From Ostrea edulis (lineage: Eukaryota), in assembly GCF_947568905.1 (NCBI RefSeq), contig NC_079164.1, positions 109,182,001-109,246,000 on the forward strand: a stretch of 64,000 nucleotides of DNA, in the 5' to 3' direction. Below, piece by piece: positions 9,602 through 22,133 of the stretch (positions within the stretch are counted from its first letter, which is position 1; the number at the start of each line of letters is the position of its first letter). The notes under the pieces were generated by a model that saw only the letters and a program-made list of their open reading frames with translations, made no database searches and was not told the DNA's origin. The translations under genes and the position numbers were made by a program.

Positions 9602-11896
9602 TAAGTATATAATTATGTAGATATAATGCAACCACAGAAATTAGCAACACCGAATATTATCTGCTACCCTTTTAGATCAAATTGCAAAAATTCCCAACTG
9701 CAGAAATTAACCTCTGATACGGTTTTAATATAATCAGCAAATTTGTTATCTTTATTCCATGCAGAAAAATTTAGGAACTCAAGAGTTTTAAAGAAATTTC
9801 AGTTACAAGGAATAGTGTTAAAAACTTGTATCTTTTAAAAAGAAATGTTACAAGGAATTCACTTGTAAGGAATTATTGATTAAAATGGAGCCTTGTTAAT
9901 CCAATTCATTCTTTGCAAAATCATTCTGATAAATAACTGAATTGCATATGTTAGATCTTTGTATAAATAATCAATATGCTTACTTTGTTGATATGTAATA
10001 TAAAATAAACACAATATATCATTAACTATTTGTTTTGTTAAGTCATAATGATAACATTCACATTCATTTCAAAGCCCTAAGATTGAAATATCCATGTACT
10101 TCTAGATATACAAAGTATATTTCATTTTCGTAAATACATGAGGGTTGAGGGTTTGAACTGTGAAGCTCCATGCTGGTTATACACCACATGCTGCAGTGAT
10201 GCACTAAAAGCAAATTGAAAAAATAAGTAATTGCGTATATTTCATATTCTGTAATTATTTAAGTCAGTATTGGGGGGGGGGGGGGGGGGGGGACTCATTC
10301 AAGTTATTGTTCAATGGTGCATTTATTTTTCTTTTATGTTGAGTAGCTTATATATGTCATACAGTGGTGATTTCAACAATAAAATGCTTTCTTTATTGTT
10401 TCATTGAGTTATCTGCATTACCTGCTAATGCGGGTTGTGAATATTTCCTGCAATGCTTGCTACCTTCATCACCTGATGAAACAACAAAGAAAGACATTTT
10501 ATTGTTTATTTATATTTTTATGTATTTTTTAAAAATATAGACTAGATTTTTAAAAGTACTAAAATATCATATCATTGACCCATTCGTTGCGTTAATGGAA
10601 CAGCCAATGCACCCCTCGACCTTGATGATGCTCCATATTTGGTAATGATTTTGTGGACAGGTGGTACAGAAAAAAACCCTGGATTGAACTAGTTTGTAAC
10701 AAACATGTATTTATTGTCTATGATAAAAGCAATGTCAATTTTAAAAGAAATATAAGAGGAAATGAGTGTAAACTGTATTTAGTTATCACATATGGGATAT
10801 TTTAGAATATTAATGAGATCCACCCACTCTCTGTGACTGGCTGAATGAAAACACATTGAACTGCTGCAAAATTTTATTAAACCTAGAATTTCACCAGTCC
10901 TCAAAAACCGGCATCCCACAATGAATTTCGGTGAGTATTGGCTCCTCTGAAGCTCTTGAATCACTGTTAAATCCACAGGTTTACCAAAACGTTCACAGGT
11001 TTACCAAAACATTCAATATTAGTATCGGGTTCATTTTAAAGTCCTCATTTCCGGCATCATTTCTCTAAAAAGAAGTCTTCAACTTCAAAGTCAAAACTAT
11101 TTTCTCTGAAATCCAAATTCTCAAAATCTTCACTGTTTCCATTCTCAAACTAGTCCAAATCTTAACTCAATATTAAATCTTCTGCGCCCATTACATCTGT
11201 CTCATCTAGAAAAAAGGCACTGTATGCTGTTAAATGTGGAATTGGAAACAAAACATATGACCAAGTAATGGGAAAATTTTGAGACATAACAGTACAAGTA
11301 CAATTGGACAAAACAGTTAGTACATGATTGACAACTCGGGTTCGCCAAAAACATGTGATATATTTCGTACAGACCCTCGTGCGATGACATAAACTACTAC
11401 ATACTGCTTTGATCTGGCCACATGCACTTGATATGTTGATGGTGCTACTGATGGGGCAAATATATTTATTTCCTATCAAGTTGGAGGAGGGGGGATCAGG
11501 ATGTTTGTATGACATTTTATGCATGGAAATAACTGATTATGTTAAAACTTACTGTATATTTATATTTCACTTTAATTAAGAATATAAAATATAATTACAT
11601 CTTTTCTAGAGTAATTCTCACTTTTACACTCTTTTTGATCTGAGCAAGCCAATATTAACTCAAAATTGAGTATATCTGATATGTGTAGCAGTTCAATAAG
11701 ATATATTCATATGACATGATGTTCAATCTCGTGATATATGAAAATGGAACATAGATCCATGCAGAATTTGTCAGTGCAGCTTTATTCCAGTTGTCTTCCT
11801 TGTAATGTACATTTTATGTGTAACTTCTCTTGGAACACTTCTAGTATACTAGACCCCAAAATATGGTGCTAAAATAAGTGCCACCAAAGCCGGTTT

Positions 11897-11898
11897 TA

Positions 11899-11957
<59 letters not shown>
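11897..11957. repeat. (TA)n microsatellite
   Basis: About 60 bp of TA dinucleotide with one interruption near the start. Confidence 0.97.
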
Positions 11958-11959
<2 letters not shown>

Positions 11960-12399
11960 CACGAGTTATCTGTAAAATCGTAAAAACAGCAAAAAATTGC
12001 AAAATTAAACCCAAATTTCAATTCCTAGGGTAAAATGAAGTTTGAAAACGTATTTTTAAATTTAAAATAAAAAAAGAATGTAAAAAGACATACAGTCTGT
12101 TTTAAAAGAAATAGAATCCGTTGTTTTGGAAATTGTCACGTATGGATTATTTTGTGTAATTCTTCAGAATATTTGCATCATGTTAAGCAAACTGAAACTG
12201 ATTTGGGATTGAGAAAGGATATTGATTCTTCCTAATTTACAATGAATATTTTAGCAAATAAGGCATTGGGGAAAACATACATTTATGTTTTTTTTAGCGG
12301 ACTGACATTTTGAAATGAGGGCTGCCCCAACATCCCTGCTTTTTTATTGTAATTTTTTTTTAAAATGTAGAGATATGCCTATAGTTTAACTCATATTGT

Positions 12400-13525
12400 C
12401 AGTTTGACTTTTTAAGGGCCTTTATGGTGGGGTATGTAAAAAAAATTCATCACAAGAATCACAGAACAAGAACTGCCAAATGTTACATGAAATCTTCTTA
12501 TGTATAGTATAAATCTAACTTCATTCAAATCAAAACCTCTAGGGGCAAGGATGGGGCTGCAGTAGGGTGTTTTAATTTTTACATAGACATGCACTGTAAT
12601 TAGAAAACTATTAAAATCTTCCCAAGAACCACAATTTAAAAGATATGCAAACATGTAGTTGTTCAAATCATGACCCCCAAGGATGAGGACGGCCACAAAG
12701 AGGGTTCAAAGTTTTACATATATTTTTTTAACGAAGTTGTCTTCTCAAGAACCAGACAGGCAGAATGTGTCAGATGTCACAGTGTGACTAATCAACAGGA
12801 GATGCTTACTCCTCCTAGGCCACCTGATTCCACCTTCTGTTGGGGTTTTTTTCTGGGGCCCCATGTTTGCCCTGCTCAGTTTTGCCTCTTTATAGGATAG
12901 AGTAGTCATGATTCATTATCTTCACTTTTTCATTAATGTGAAAGCATCCTCTCATACACTGTGTAGATTCAAGTGTGTTCACGTAAATCTCAGGGCTAGG
13001 ATTGGGCATAAGAGGAGATTAAAATTTTGTACTGGAACACCTAGGAATAAATTTTGAAAATCGTCTCAAGCAAGTATCCTCAAGTTATGGAATCAAGTTT
13101 GTTCAAATTATGGCCCCTGTGGTCTTAGCAGTTTTACTTACGAAATGTAGAAAATTAAAAAAGTCAATCTTCTCAAGAGCAAGAGCACAATTTATCAGTT
13201 AAACATTCAAGCATCTTCATTTAGACTGGTATATTTTAGTTTGCTCATACCATACCCCTGGGCTCAGGGCAGGGTCATGATAGGGATTTTTATAAAATAT
13301 CTTAGAAAGGAATATAGAAGAATTAGGGGTAATCTTCTTGCCAAGAACCATAAAAGTATGGTGTGTCTGATTAATATGTAAGTGTCTGCAAGTAGGATAC
13401 ATTCAGTTTTCTTTCCATTTCTATTGAGGTTTAAAGATTTACACTCTTAGCGTTCTAAACTTTAAGTCTTTATCCCAGTATGGTGGCTGAGGTGAGCATT
13501 GTGGCCAATGGGCCGTCTCTTGTTT
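12400..13525 (+). mobile_element. Degenerate Helentron/HINE element with internal ~165-bp satellite-like repeats
   Basis: Decayed core motifs (TTCTCAAGAACC, AGATTCAAGT, AAATCATGACCCC) and the 3' end GAGGTGAGCATTGTGGCCAATGGGCCGTCTCTTGTT. Confidence 0.65.
12782..12933 (+). mobile_element. Solo 3' tail of Penelope-like retroelement
   Basis: CAACAGGAGATGCTTACTCCTCCTAGG...TTATCTTCAC matches 21340-21490. Confidence 0.75.
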
Positions 13526-14433
13526 ATTTTTGCGTATTCTTAATTTGAATTTCTATTGTTCGTTATGAACATTTGAAAGAGAAAAAGATTCATTAAGAGA
13601 TTAATATTGCATGGAAAGGCTAGAATATTGAAATAATGGAAGAGAAAATGGTTTTCTATGCATTAGCTGGTTAATGTGTTATTACCGTTTTGCACCGAAG
13701 CAACAGAATTTTATGTTTTTGAGAAGCAAATGCACTGAAATTATGAGGGTATACTTTTCCATGTAAAACAGAATGGTATCTCCTATTTGTAGTAATGAGA
13801 CTCCTAATAGACTTGTGTTATATTGATGTTCATCACACACAATTAATGACAGCACATGTTTCTAACAGACCCTGACCAGGCAGTGAACTGTGCGTTTTGA
13901 GTTATTGTAAGTGTAAACTTTTCTGTGTGGAGTGTAATTGACATTTGATGATGTAGTGTATCATTCTTATTTCCTTGTTTGGTCAATGAAACTGTTCATC
14001 AATTCACCTCTAATTTCATTAGTTAATTCTTTTATTGGAAAATCATCATATAGTGTTCTTGTTGTTGAATACTGAAAGTATGAAATCAAAACATCAATTG
14101 CTTTTACCTCATGTGTCAAATCAATCATGCTCCCTTTCAACTAATTGGGTTTTGTTTTCCATGAAATTAGTTTTTTAACGCCTGCATTCAATGATTTATT
14201 GATTAAAGGTGTACAAGTACTGACTTGATGTAACAGTACTGTAATTCACTTCATTAATAGTTTGTAGAAGAATACAAAAATAAAGAAATTCAGTATTTAT
14301 AGAGTAATGAAAAAAATAGAACTGAACTTATCATGTGTTTGGAAGTTTCCAAGTACAGAAATTCTGTCAAAAGATGACATGGATGTTTCCTGTTAACAAA
14401 ATTAACTGTCTTGAACCACATAAAACCATTACA

Positions 14434-16645
14434 TAGTAAGTAAAATCAGTACCTAATATGTAAAACCAGTACTTATTAAATAGAACTAGTACCTAGTAAA
14501 TAAAAGCAGTACTTAGTAAATGAAACCAGTATCTAGTAAATAAAACCAATATCTAGTAAATAAAACCAATATCTGGTAAATAAAACAAGTATCTAGTAAA
14601 TAAAATTAGTACTTATTAAATAGAACTAGTACCTAATAAATAAAACCAGTCCCTAGTAAATAAAACCAGTACCTAGTAAATAAAACCAGTATCTAGTAAA
14701 TAAAACCAGTACTTATTAAATAGAACTAAGTAACCAGTAAATAAAACCAGTACGTAGTAAATAGAACTAGTGCCTAGTAAATAAAACCAGTGCCTAGTAA
14801 ATAAAACCAGTATCTAGTAAATAAAACCAGTACCTAGTAAATAAAACCAGCACCTAGTAAGTAAAAACAATATCTAGTAAGTAAAACCAGTATCTAGTAA
14901 ATAAAACCAATATCTAGTAAATAAAACCAATATCTAGTAAATAAAACCAGTACCTAGTAAGTAAAAACAATATCTAGGAAGTAAAACCAGTACCTAGTAA
15001 ATAAAACCAGTATCTAGTAAATAAAACCAGTACATAGTAAATAAAACCAGTATCTAGTAAATAAAACCAATATCTAGTAAGTAAAACCAGTATCTAGTAA
15101 ATAAAACCAGTATCTAGTAAGTAAAACCAGTACCAAGTAAATAAAACCAATACCTAGTAAATAAAACCAGTACGTAGTAAATAAAACCAGTACCTAATAA
15201 GTAAAACCAGTACCTAGTAAGTAAAACCAGTATCTAGTAAATAAAACCAGTATCTAATAAATAAAACCAGTATCTAATAAATAAAACCAATACCTAGTAA
15301 ATAAAACCAGTACCTAATAAATAAAACCAGTATCTAGTAAATAAAACCAGTATCTAGTAAATAAAACCAGTATCTAGTAAATAAAACCAATACCTAGTAA
15401 ATAAAACCAGTACCTAATAAATAAAACCAGTATATAGTAAATAAAAACAGTACCTAATAAATAAAACCAGTACCTAGTAAATAAAACCGGTATCTAGTAA
15501 ATAAAACTGGTACCTAGTAAATAAAACCAGTACCTAGTAAATAAAAAAACCAATATCTAGTGAATAAAACCAGTATCTAGTAAGTAAAACCAGTACCTAA
15601 TAAATAAAACCAGTACCTAGTAAATAAAACTAGTATCTAGTAAATAAAACCGATTTCTAGTAAATAAAACCAGTATCTAGTAAATAAAACCAGTACCTAG
15701 TAAGTAAAAACAATATCTAGTAAGTAAAACCAGTACCTAGTAAATAAGACCAGTATCTAGTAAATAAAACCAGTATGTAGTAAATAAAACCAGTATCTAG
15801 TAAATAAAACCAGTACCTAGTAAGTAAAACCAGTACCAAGTAAATAAAACCAATACCTAGTAAATAAAACCAGTACGTAGTAAATAAAACCAGTACCTAG
15901 TAAGTAAAACCAGTACCTAGTAAGTAAAACCAGTATCTAGTAAATAAAACCAGTACCTAGTAAATAAAACCAGTACTTAGTAAATAAAACCAGTCCCTAT
16001 TTAGTAAAACCAATACATATAGTAAATAAAACCAGTCACTAGTTAGTAAAACCAATACCTAGTAAATAAAACTGATACCTAGTAAATAAAATCAGTACCT
16101 AGTAAATAAAACCAGTATCTAGTAAGTAAAACCAGTATCTAGTAAATAAAACCAGTATCTAGTAAATAAAACCAGTACATAGGAAATAAAACCAGTACCT
16201 AGTAAATAAAACCACTACCTAGTAAATAAAACCAATACCTAGTAAATAAAACCAGTACCTAATAAATAAAACCAGTATGTAGTAAATAAGACCAGTATCT
16301 AGTAAATAAAACCAGTATCTATTAAATAAAACCAGTATCTATTAAATAAAACCAGTATCTATTAAATAAAACCAGTATCTAATAAATTAAACCAGTATCT
16401 AGTAAATAAAACTGATACCTAGTAAGTAAAATCAGTACCTAGTAATAAAACAATCCCTAGTTAATAAAACCAGTACATAGTAAATAAAGCCAGTACCTAA
16501 TTGATAAAACCAGTACGTAGTAAATAAAACCAGTATCTAGTAAATAAAACCAGTACGTAGTAAGTAAAACCAGTCCCTAGTTAGCAAAACCAATACATAT
16601 AGTAAGTAAAATCAGTACCCAGTATGTAAAACCAGCACCTAATAC
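14434..16645 (+). repeat. 20-bp minisatellite, ~110 copies
   Basis: Unit AGTAAATAAAACCAGTA(C/T)CT with 20-bp periodicity over 2.2 kb. Confidence 0.98.
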
Positions 16646-16656
16646 TGTAACCACAC

Positions 16657-17421
16657 TTTTTTAGCTCACCTGAGCCGAAGGCCCGTTGTCTGTCTGTCTG
16701 TCAGTATAAACTTTTCACATTTTCATCTTCTCCAGAACCACTGAGTCCATTTCAACCAAACTTGGCACAAAGTACCCTTGGGTGAAGGGCTTTCAAATTT
16801 GTTCAGATAAAGGGCGATGCCCCCTTCAGAGGGGAGATAATCACAAAAATGCAAAAATAGGGTGGGGGTCATTTAAAAATCTTCTCAAGAAACACTGGGC
16901 CAAAACAGCTGATATTTACATGAAAGCTTCCTGACATAGTGCAGATTCAAGTTTCTTAAAATCATGTCCCCCCCCCCCCCCCTCCCCCGGGGATAGGATT
17001 GGGCCACAATGCGGGATCAAAGTTATACATACAAATAGAGAAAATCATTAAAAATGTTCTGAAGAATCACTGGGCCAGAAAAGTTTACATTTAAATGAAA
17101 CTTCCGGGCATAGTGCTGATTCAAGTTTGTTAAATCATGGCCCCCAGGGATAGGATGGGGTCACAATAGGGGATCAAAGTTTTACATACTAATATATAGA
17201 GAAAATTTTTTAAAATCTCAAGAACCATTGGGCCAAAGAAGTTTACATTTACATGAAAGTTTCCTGACATAGTGCAGATTCAAGTTTGTAAAAATCATGG
17301 CCCCTGGGGGTAAGTTGGGGCCACAATAGAGATCAAAGTTTACATGCGAATATGTTTGGAAAGTCTTTAGATATGGGCCAAGGTGACTCAGGTGAGCGAT
17401 GTGGCCTATGGCCGTCTTGTT
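16657..17421 (+). mobile_element. Helentron-associated non-autonomous element (HINE) with ~165-bp Cg170-like core repeats
   Basis: T-run + TTAGCTCACCTGAG sub-TIR, (GTCT)n microsatellite, core repeats, 3' CTCAGGTGAGCGATGTGGCCTATGGCCGTCTTGTT. Confidence 0.85.
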
Positions 17422-17781
17422 CCATAGGGTCATAATTCCATGGAATCATAATTTCTCTTAAATCGGGGAATACTTTACACAGATTTATTGTCTGCTGAAA
17501 ATGACAGAATTGTGTTTTTACTGAATTCGATCCCTAATGCTGCACTAACCAAAAATTCATCCAATTGCATTATGTAATCTAAGGACTGCTCACAGTGAGT
17601 TGCAAATGTTGATTATCATACTGGTTTACGCACTGACTAGCAGACTGTCAAGATTTTAGGGCACTGGTTAAAATTGTTTTGCGAACTCCGCTTGAACAAT
17701 ATTTCCAAATTCATATGATACACCTGAAAAATCTGTAGAAATTTCATCTGCTGTTTTACAGGCAGTGTCAGAATCTCAAAT

Positions 17782-18230
17782 TCAAAATGGAAACATGTTG
17801 AATATAACCGTTATTCATCAGAGCAAAGATATAAAATAGCAAATTATGTTGTGTTAAACAGTGTTATGAAAGCTTTCAAACATAGTTAAGTGTTGAGGAA
17901 AGGAGACCCTTGTCCAAGGCTGGCAAAAATTGGGGATTCTCTCACATTTAAGAAAGTGAATCAGCTTTATGATTGCATGATTTTAAAGTGATGGAATATT
18001 TAGTATGTAAAACCAGTAGCTGGTAAGAAAAATCTGGGAATAGACATGGTAAGCTTAGTCGCATGCAGCATCAGACATAAGGCACCGAAAATTGTGACAT
18101 CCATTTAGCCCATCCAATTAGTTCACCAAGGGGTTTCTCATGCTGGAGAAATTGGATTAATGATTTAAAGCCTCTTTATGTCAAAATATCACCATGTTAT
18201 GATGACTTTTCTCCAAATATCTGACAAAAT
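17782..18230 (+). pseudogene. Decayed pogo-like transposase remnant
   Basis: SKWKHVEYNRYSSEQRYKIANYVVLNSVMKAFKH (17782-17886) resembles the N-terminal HTH of pogo-type transposases; PRGFSCWRNWINDLKPLYVKISPCY (~18125-18200) weakly resembles the pre-DDE region. Stops and frameshifts present. Confidence 0.4.
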
Positions 18231-18703
18231 CACCATGATCTTAAGGAGCTTGGAGGTATATTTAGACATGTAATTTTCCTTTCCTCTGGTTTTGTTTTTA
18301 TATTTCATCAGATACTAAAGCCATAAATGTTACAATTTCATATAATAAGAAAGTTCTATTGAAAGTTAACTGTAATTTATGTTTAACACGTTCCATGAGT
18401 GACACTGCATGTACTCTGTGCTGTGTTTGTGTTTCATACTAACTACCAGGTAAACGTTTGTCATTTGAATTTTAGAACATTGATCATCTTCCATTAAAGC
18501 ATGGTTTAAAAAGAGCTGTATTGGTATCCTTTTCATTTTTTTTTATTGGATTTGATGTAGAGTGCCATAACTGGCGTGATTGATGGCTTGTTCCAGTCTC
18601 AGATCTTGATGCTTCTCATAAAATATTCATGTTCTACAGATGAATCCAGGAGGTGGTACACATAAAACTAGTCATTCTTTCTCAACTCACAATAATTTGA
18701 TAG

Positions 18704-19370
18704 ATAAACTATGAGTATGCATCCAGGTAGGACTATATTCTCCATTTCTGTAAATGTGAATATATGCAGGAGTTTGCATTTGGTAACAATGTACAGAAAT
18801 TTGATTAAATGCAGTATCTTTCAGCACTTCAAGACATAAGAAAGGTAAGTTTATTTATTGGAGGCGTAAATACTGATGCACACGTCACTTGCATGGCACT
18901 CACTTTTGTAGGTTTTAGTGTCTGTACAGAAGTTGGCACACCACGGCACATCCACTTAAAGCCCACTCCCAAAAAATCACGATCCACTCATCCACCAACC
19001 AGGAAGAAGACAGCAAAGTAAGTACATAGTACTGGATCTTACCTTTAGTACTTACAGTTACCTTTATTCACCACTGATTACCTTTAGTACTTACAGTTAC
19101 CTTTATTCACCACTGATTACCTTTAGTACTTACAGTCACCTTTATTCACCACTGATTACCTTTAGTACTTACAGTCACCTTTATTCACCACTGATTACCT
19201 TTAGTACTTACAGTCACCTTTATTCACCACTGATTACTTTCACATTTTGGATCAGCAGAGGTTTAGCTGAGGATGAGTTAAATTGTGCAACAGAATTTAT
19301 AAATCTGTGTGACCGTATTCCATCATCTTGTTTTAGTACTGATCTTAGGGACATCTTATTTCAGTTCTGA
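18704..19370 (+). CDS. Candidate four-exon in-frame chain (18704-18726, 18825-18844, 18912-19017, 19256/19259-19370), unknown product
   Basis: GT-AG introns, two with GTAAGT donors. The joined frame reads INYEYASSTSRHKKGFSVCTEVGTPRHIHLKPTPKKSRSTHPPTRKKTAKGLAEDELNCATEFINLCDRIPSSCFSTDLRDILFQF*. No homology recognised. Confidence 0.3.
19040..19237 (+). repeat. 39-bp tandem repeat, ~5 copies
   Basis: Unit TACCTTTAGTACTTACAGT(T/C)ACCTTTATTCACCACTGAT. Confidence 0.95.
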
Positions 19371-19634
19371 TCTTGGGGACATCTTATTTTAGTACTGATC
19401 TTGGGGACATCTTGTTTTAGTACTGATCTTGGGGACATCTTATTTTAGTTCTGATCTTGGGGACATCTTGTTTTAGTTCTGATCTTGGGGACATCTTGTT
19501 TTAGTTCTGATCTTGGGGACATCTTGTTTTAGTTCTGATCTTGGGGACATCTTATTTTAGTACTGATCTTGGGGACATCTTGTTTTAGTTCTGATCTTGG
19601 GGACATCTTGTTTTAGTTCTGATCTTGGGGACAT
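19324..19634 (+). repeat. 28-bp tandem repeat, ~11 copies
   Basis: Unit T(A/T)CTGATCTTGGGGACATCTT(G/A)TTTTAG. Confidence 0.95.
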
Positions 19635-19654
19635 GTTTTGTCAATTGTAATAGA

Positions 19655-19859
19655 TACTGTGGAATCATTAAATTTGTGACGGGTCAGTTTCCATGGAGAT
19701 TGTGGGTAACCCTATCCCACGAACTTCAAACCACAATGAAAAACAAATTAAAGTTTTAACGCCTAGAAACCATTTCCACGAATTTACATTCCAATGGAAG
19801 GGTAAAATCTGGATAAACCACGAAAATTGGTCCTCAGAAATTTAAATGATTCCACGATA
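19655..19859. mobile_element. TA-flanked MITE (Tc1/mariner-type)
   Basis: TACTGTGGAATCATTAAATTT ... AAATTTAAATGATTCCACGATA imperfect TIRs, 205 bp. Confidence 0.75.
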
Positions 19860-20609
19860 TTTAGGTAGGTCTGATTGTCCCTGTAATGCTTTACACAACA
19901 ATACTTCATATTTTTACCTCTTCTGGTTTCATAGCTCTTAGAGCAATTAAAAAAAGACAAATAAAATGGTAAAACATGGATTTGCAGAAGTTGAAGTAAT
20001 CTGTTGGCTGTGTATTCAATGCATGAAGACAAAGGGTTTGTAGATTTAGTAGAAGATTGTGCCAATAATCAAAAAAAAATTTTACCTTTTCTTTGAGAGG
20101 TTAAACAACTTTGGCTATGTTTTAGAAAAACAAAGTTAAAATGCATAGATACCATAGTTCAGGAATTTTACATGTGTATGTATCTAAATCCTTATTAATC
20201 AGTTCTATTTTACAATACAAAAGTTTTATCATGGTCATGTTAATTCCTCTTTGATTGATCACATCAACAATGAACTGCTGAGAGGTTTTCATTGTGTATA
20301 GTAATTTGAAAAAGTATGTTTATAAAAAAAAGTCTAGTATTATCAATTATCACAATGAGCAGGCTTGTAGAATCGGGGAACCAGCCCTCACACAACAGAT
20401 ACAATTATGATAGCCTTATGAATTTTAAAGCATCAACATACACATTGACAATACCACACACAGGTGTGCGTCCTGTTAACTGGGTTTCCAGTGTTTGCAT
20501 CAGTTGATATTTTTCATATCTAGTGGTCAGTCATCCAAAAAATTACTTTGTTAATTACCACTCTGACTCCAAGCACAAAAGTACTCTGAAGTTGAAAAAA
20601 AAAACCACC

Positions 20610-21490
20610 AATATCTTCGTGGTCCTTGGTGATCAAGTCTTCCAAAAGTCTGTTGGAATTCCCATGGGCATGAATTGTGCTCCTTTGTTAGCTGATCTAT
20701 TTTTATATTCTTATGAAAGAGAGTTTATTCAAAAGCTTTTACATGAGAAGAAAAAAACTCTTGTTGTGGCCTTCAACTCAACATTCAGATATATCGGTAT
20801 TGACAATATTTTATCTATTAACAATAATTATTTTCATTCATATGTTGATTCAATATATCCCTGTGAAGTCGAAATAAAAGACACCACAGAGTTCTCCACA
20901 TCTGCTTTGTACTTAGAAATTTTATTGAAGGCAAACTAACAACTCAACTTTATGACAAATGGAATGATTTCAGCTTCTCCATTATCAAGTTCCCATATTT
21001 ATGTTGCAATATTCCATTATCACAGACACCTACATATGATGTTTATATAGTCTCTCAACTGATTCGATACGCAAGAGCTTATTCTGCATATGATCAGTTT
21101 TTTAAATCAAGGCAGGCTACTGACAAACAAGTTGATGTTACAGGGGTTTCAACAGTCTTGTTTAAGGTCAGCATTTCACAAATTCTATGGTCGTTATAAC
21201 GATCCAGTTTGCCAATACAATCTATCATTGGGTCAAATGGTGTCTGACATGTTTCATACTGATTGTTAGGCCATTCTTGGCACATTGATTTTGACTATGG
21301 ATTACTCTGTTTACCTGATCAAGATATAGGGCTCACAGCAGTTGTGACCGGTTGACAGGGATGCTTACTCCTCCTAGGCCCCTGATCCCACCTCTGGTAT
21401 ATCCAGGGGTCCGTGTTTTCCCGACTCTCTATTTTGTATTCCTTATAGGAGTTATGAGAATGATCACTGTTCGTTATCTTCACCTTTCAT
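20610..21490 (+). pseudogene. 5'-truncated Penelope-like retroelement: RT C-terminal half plus 3' tail
   Basis: GDQVFQKSVGIPMGMNCAPLLADLFLYSYE; TFRYI(GI)DN is a corrupted YIDD; GKLTTQLYDK..FPYL..NIP..SQLIRYARA follows after a frameshift; stop at 21267-21269; no GIY-YIG domain downstream. Confidence 0.9.
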
Positions 21491-21859
21491 TTTTGCTTTT
21501 TGATATGGTTACAACTGTAAGGTAAATATTCCCACCACATTTTAACACTGAAAAATCTACAGATTTCTACCAAAATTGGCATGTATTTCTCAAGGTTATG
21601 TATTGACAAAAATCATAACAAAGATTATTTGCAGCAGCCCTTCCCAAGTGTCTAGCTGTTTCTAAGAATATAACACATCACTTTAAAATATATATAAGTT
21701 TTGAGCCATTGATTTTATATAAATGATGGAAATATATTTCTTTCTTAAGAATAAAACAAAATGTATTTGACTGTTTTGTGATCAGTTTTCATCTACTAAG
21801 CTGTACTGTTGGTCTCAGAGTGATGAAAATGCACATACAGTAGTATAGCCTTTGATATC

Positions 21860-22133
21860 CATGTTGAGCATAGCACAAGCTGAATCTCTCAGGTCAGATG
21901 CGTGAACATTGCAACACAGCAGGGTCAAGGCAGACCAAAGCTTACTTGGGACGAACTCGTGAAGCGTAATCGTGTAGCCCTGAACATGGACTCTACCAAC
22001 TCGCTGGATCGCCATACATGGAGAGAAAGACTTAGCTCTCGACAGACAGATAGGCCACATCCTCGACATGAGGATTAATCTATGGCCTGTATAATCAAAA
22101 CCGGTAATTGATGATGAATGATGATGATGATGA
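21860..22133 (+). pseudogene. 3' end of an RTE-clade LINE
   Basis: HVEHSTS*ISQVRCVNIATQQGQGRPKLTWDELVKRNRVALNMDSTNSLDRHTWRERL matches the RTE C-terminal GRP-x-x-x-W...DR-x-x-W-R pattern; (GAT)n tail at 22109-22133. Confidence 0.8.

Noticed and set aside
10460-10485. Hammerhead ribozyme core (CTGATGA...GAAA)
   Set aside because: CTGATGAAAC lacks stem II and the other helices; no other CTGA(T/C)GA hit on either strand had a matching CGAAA by eye.
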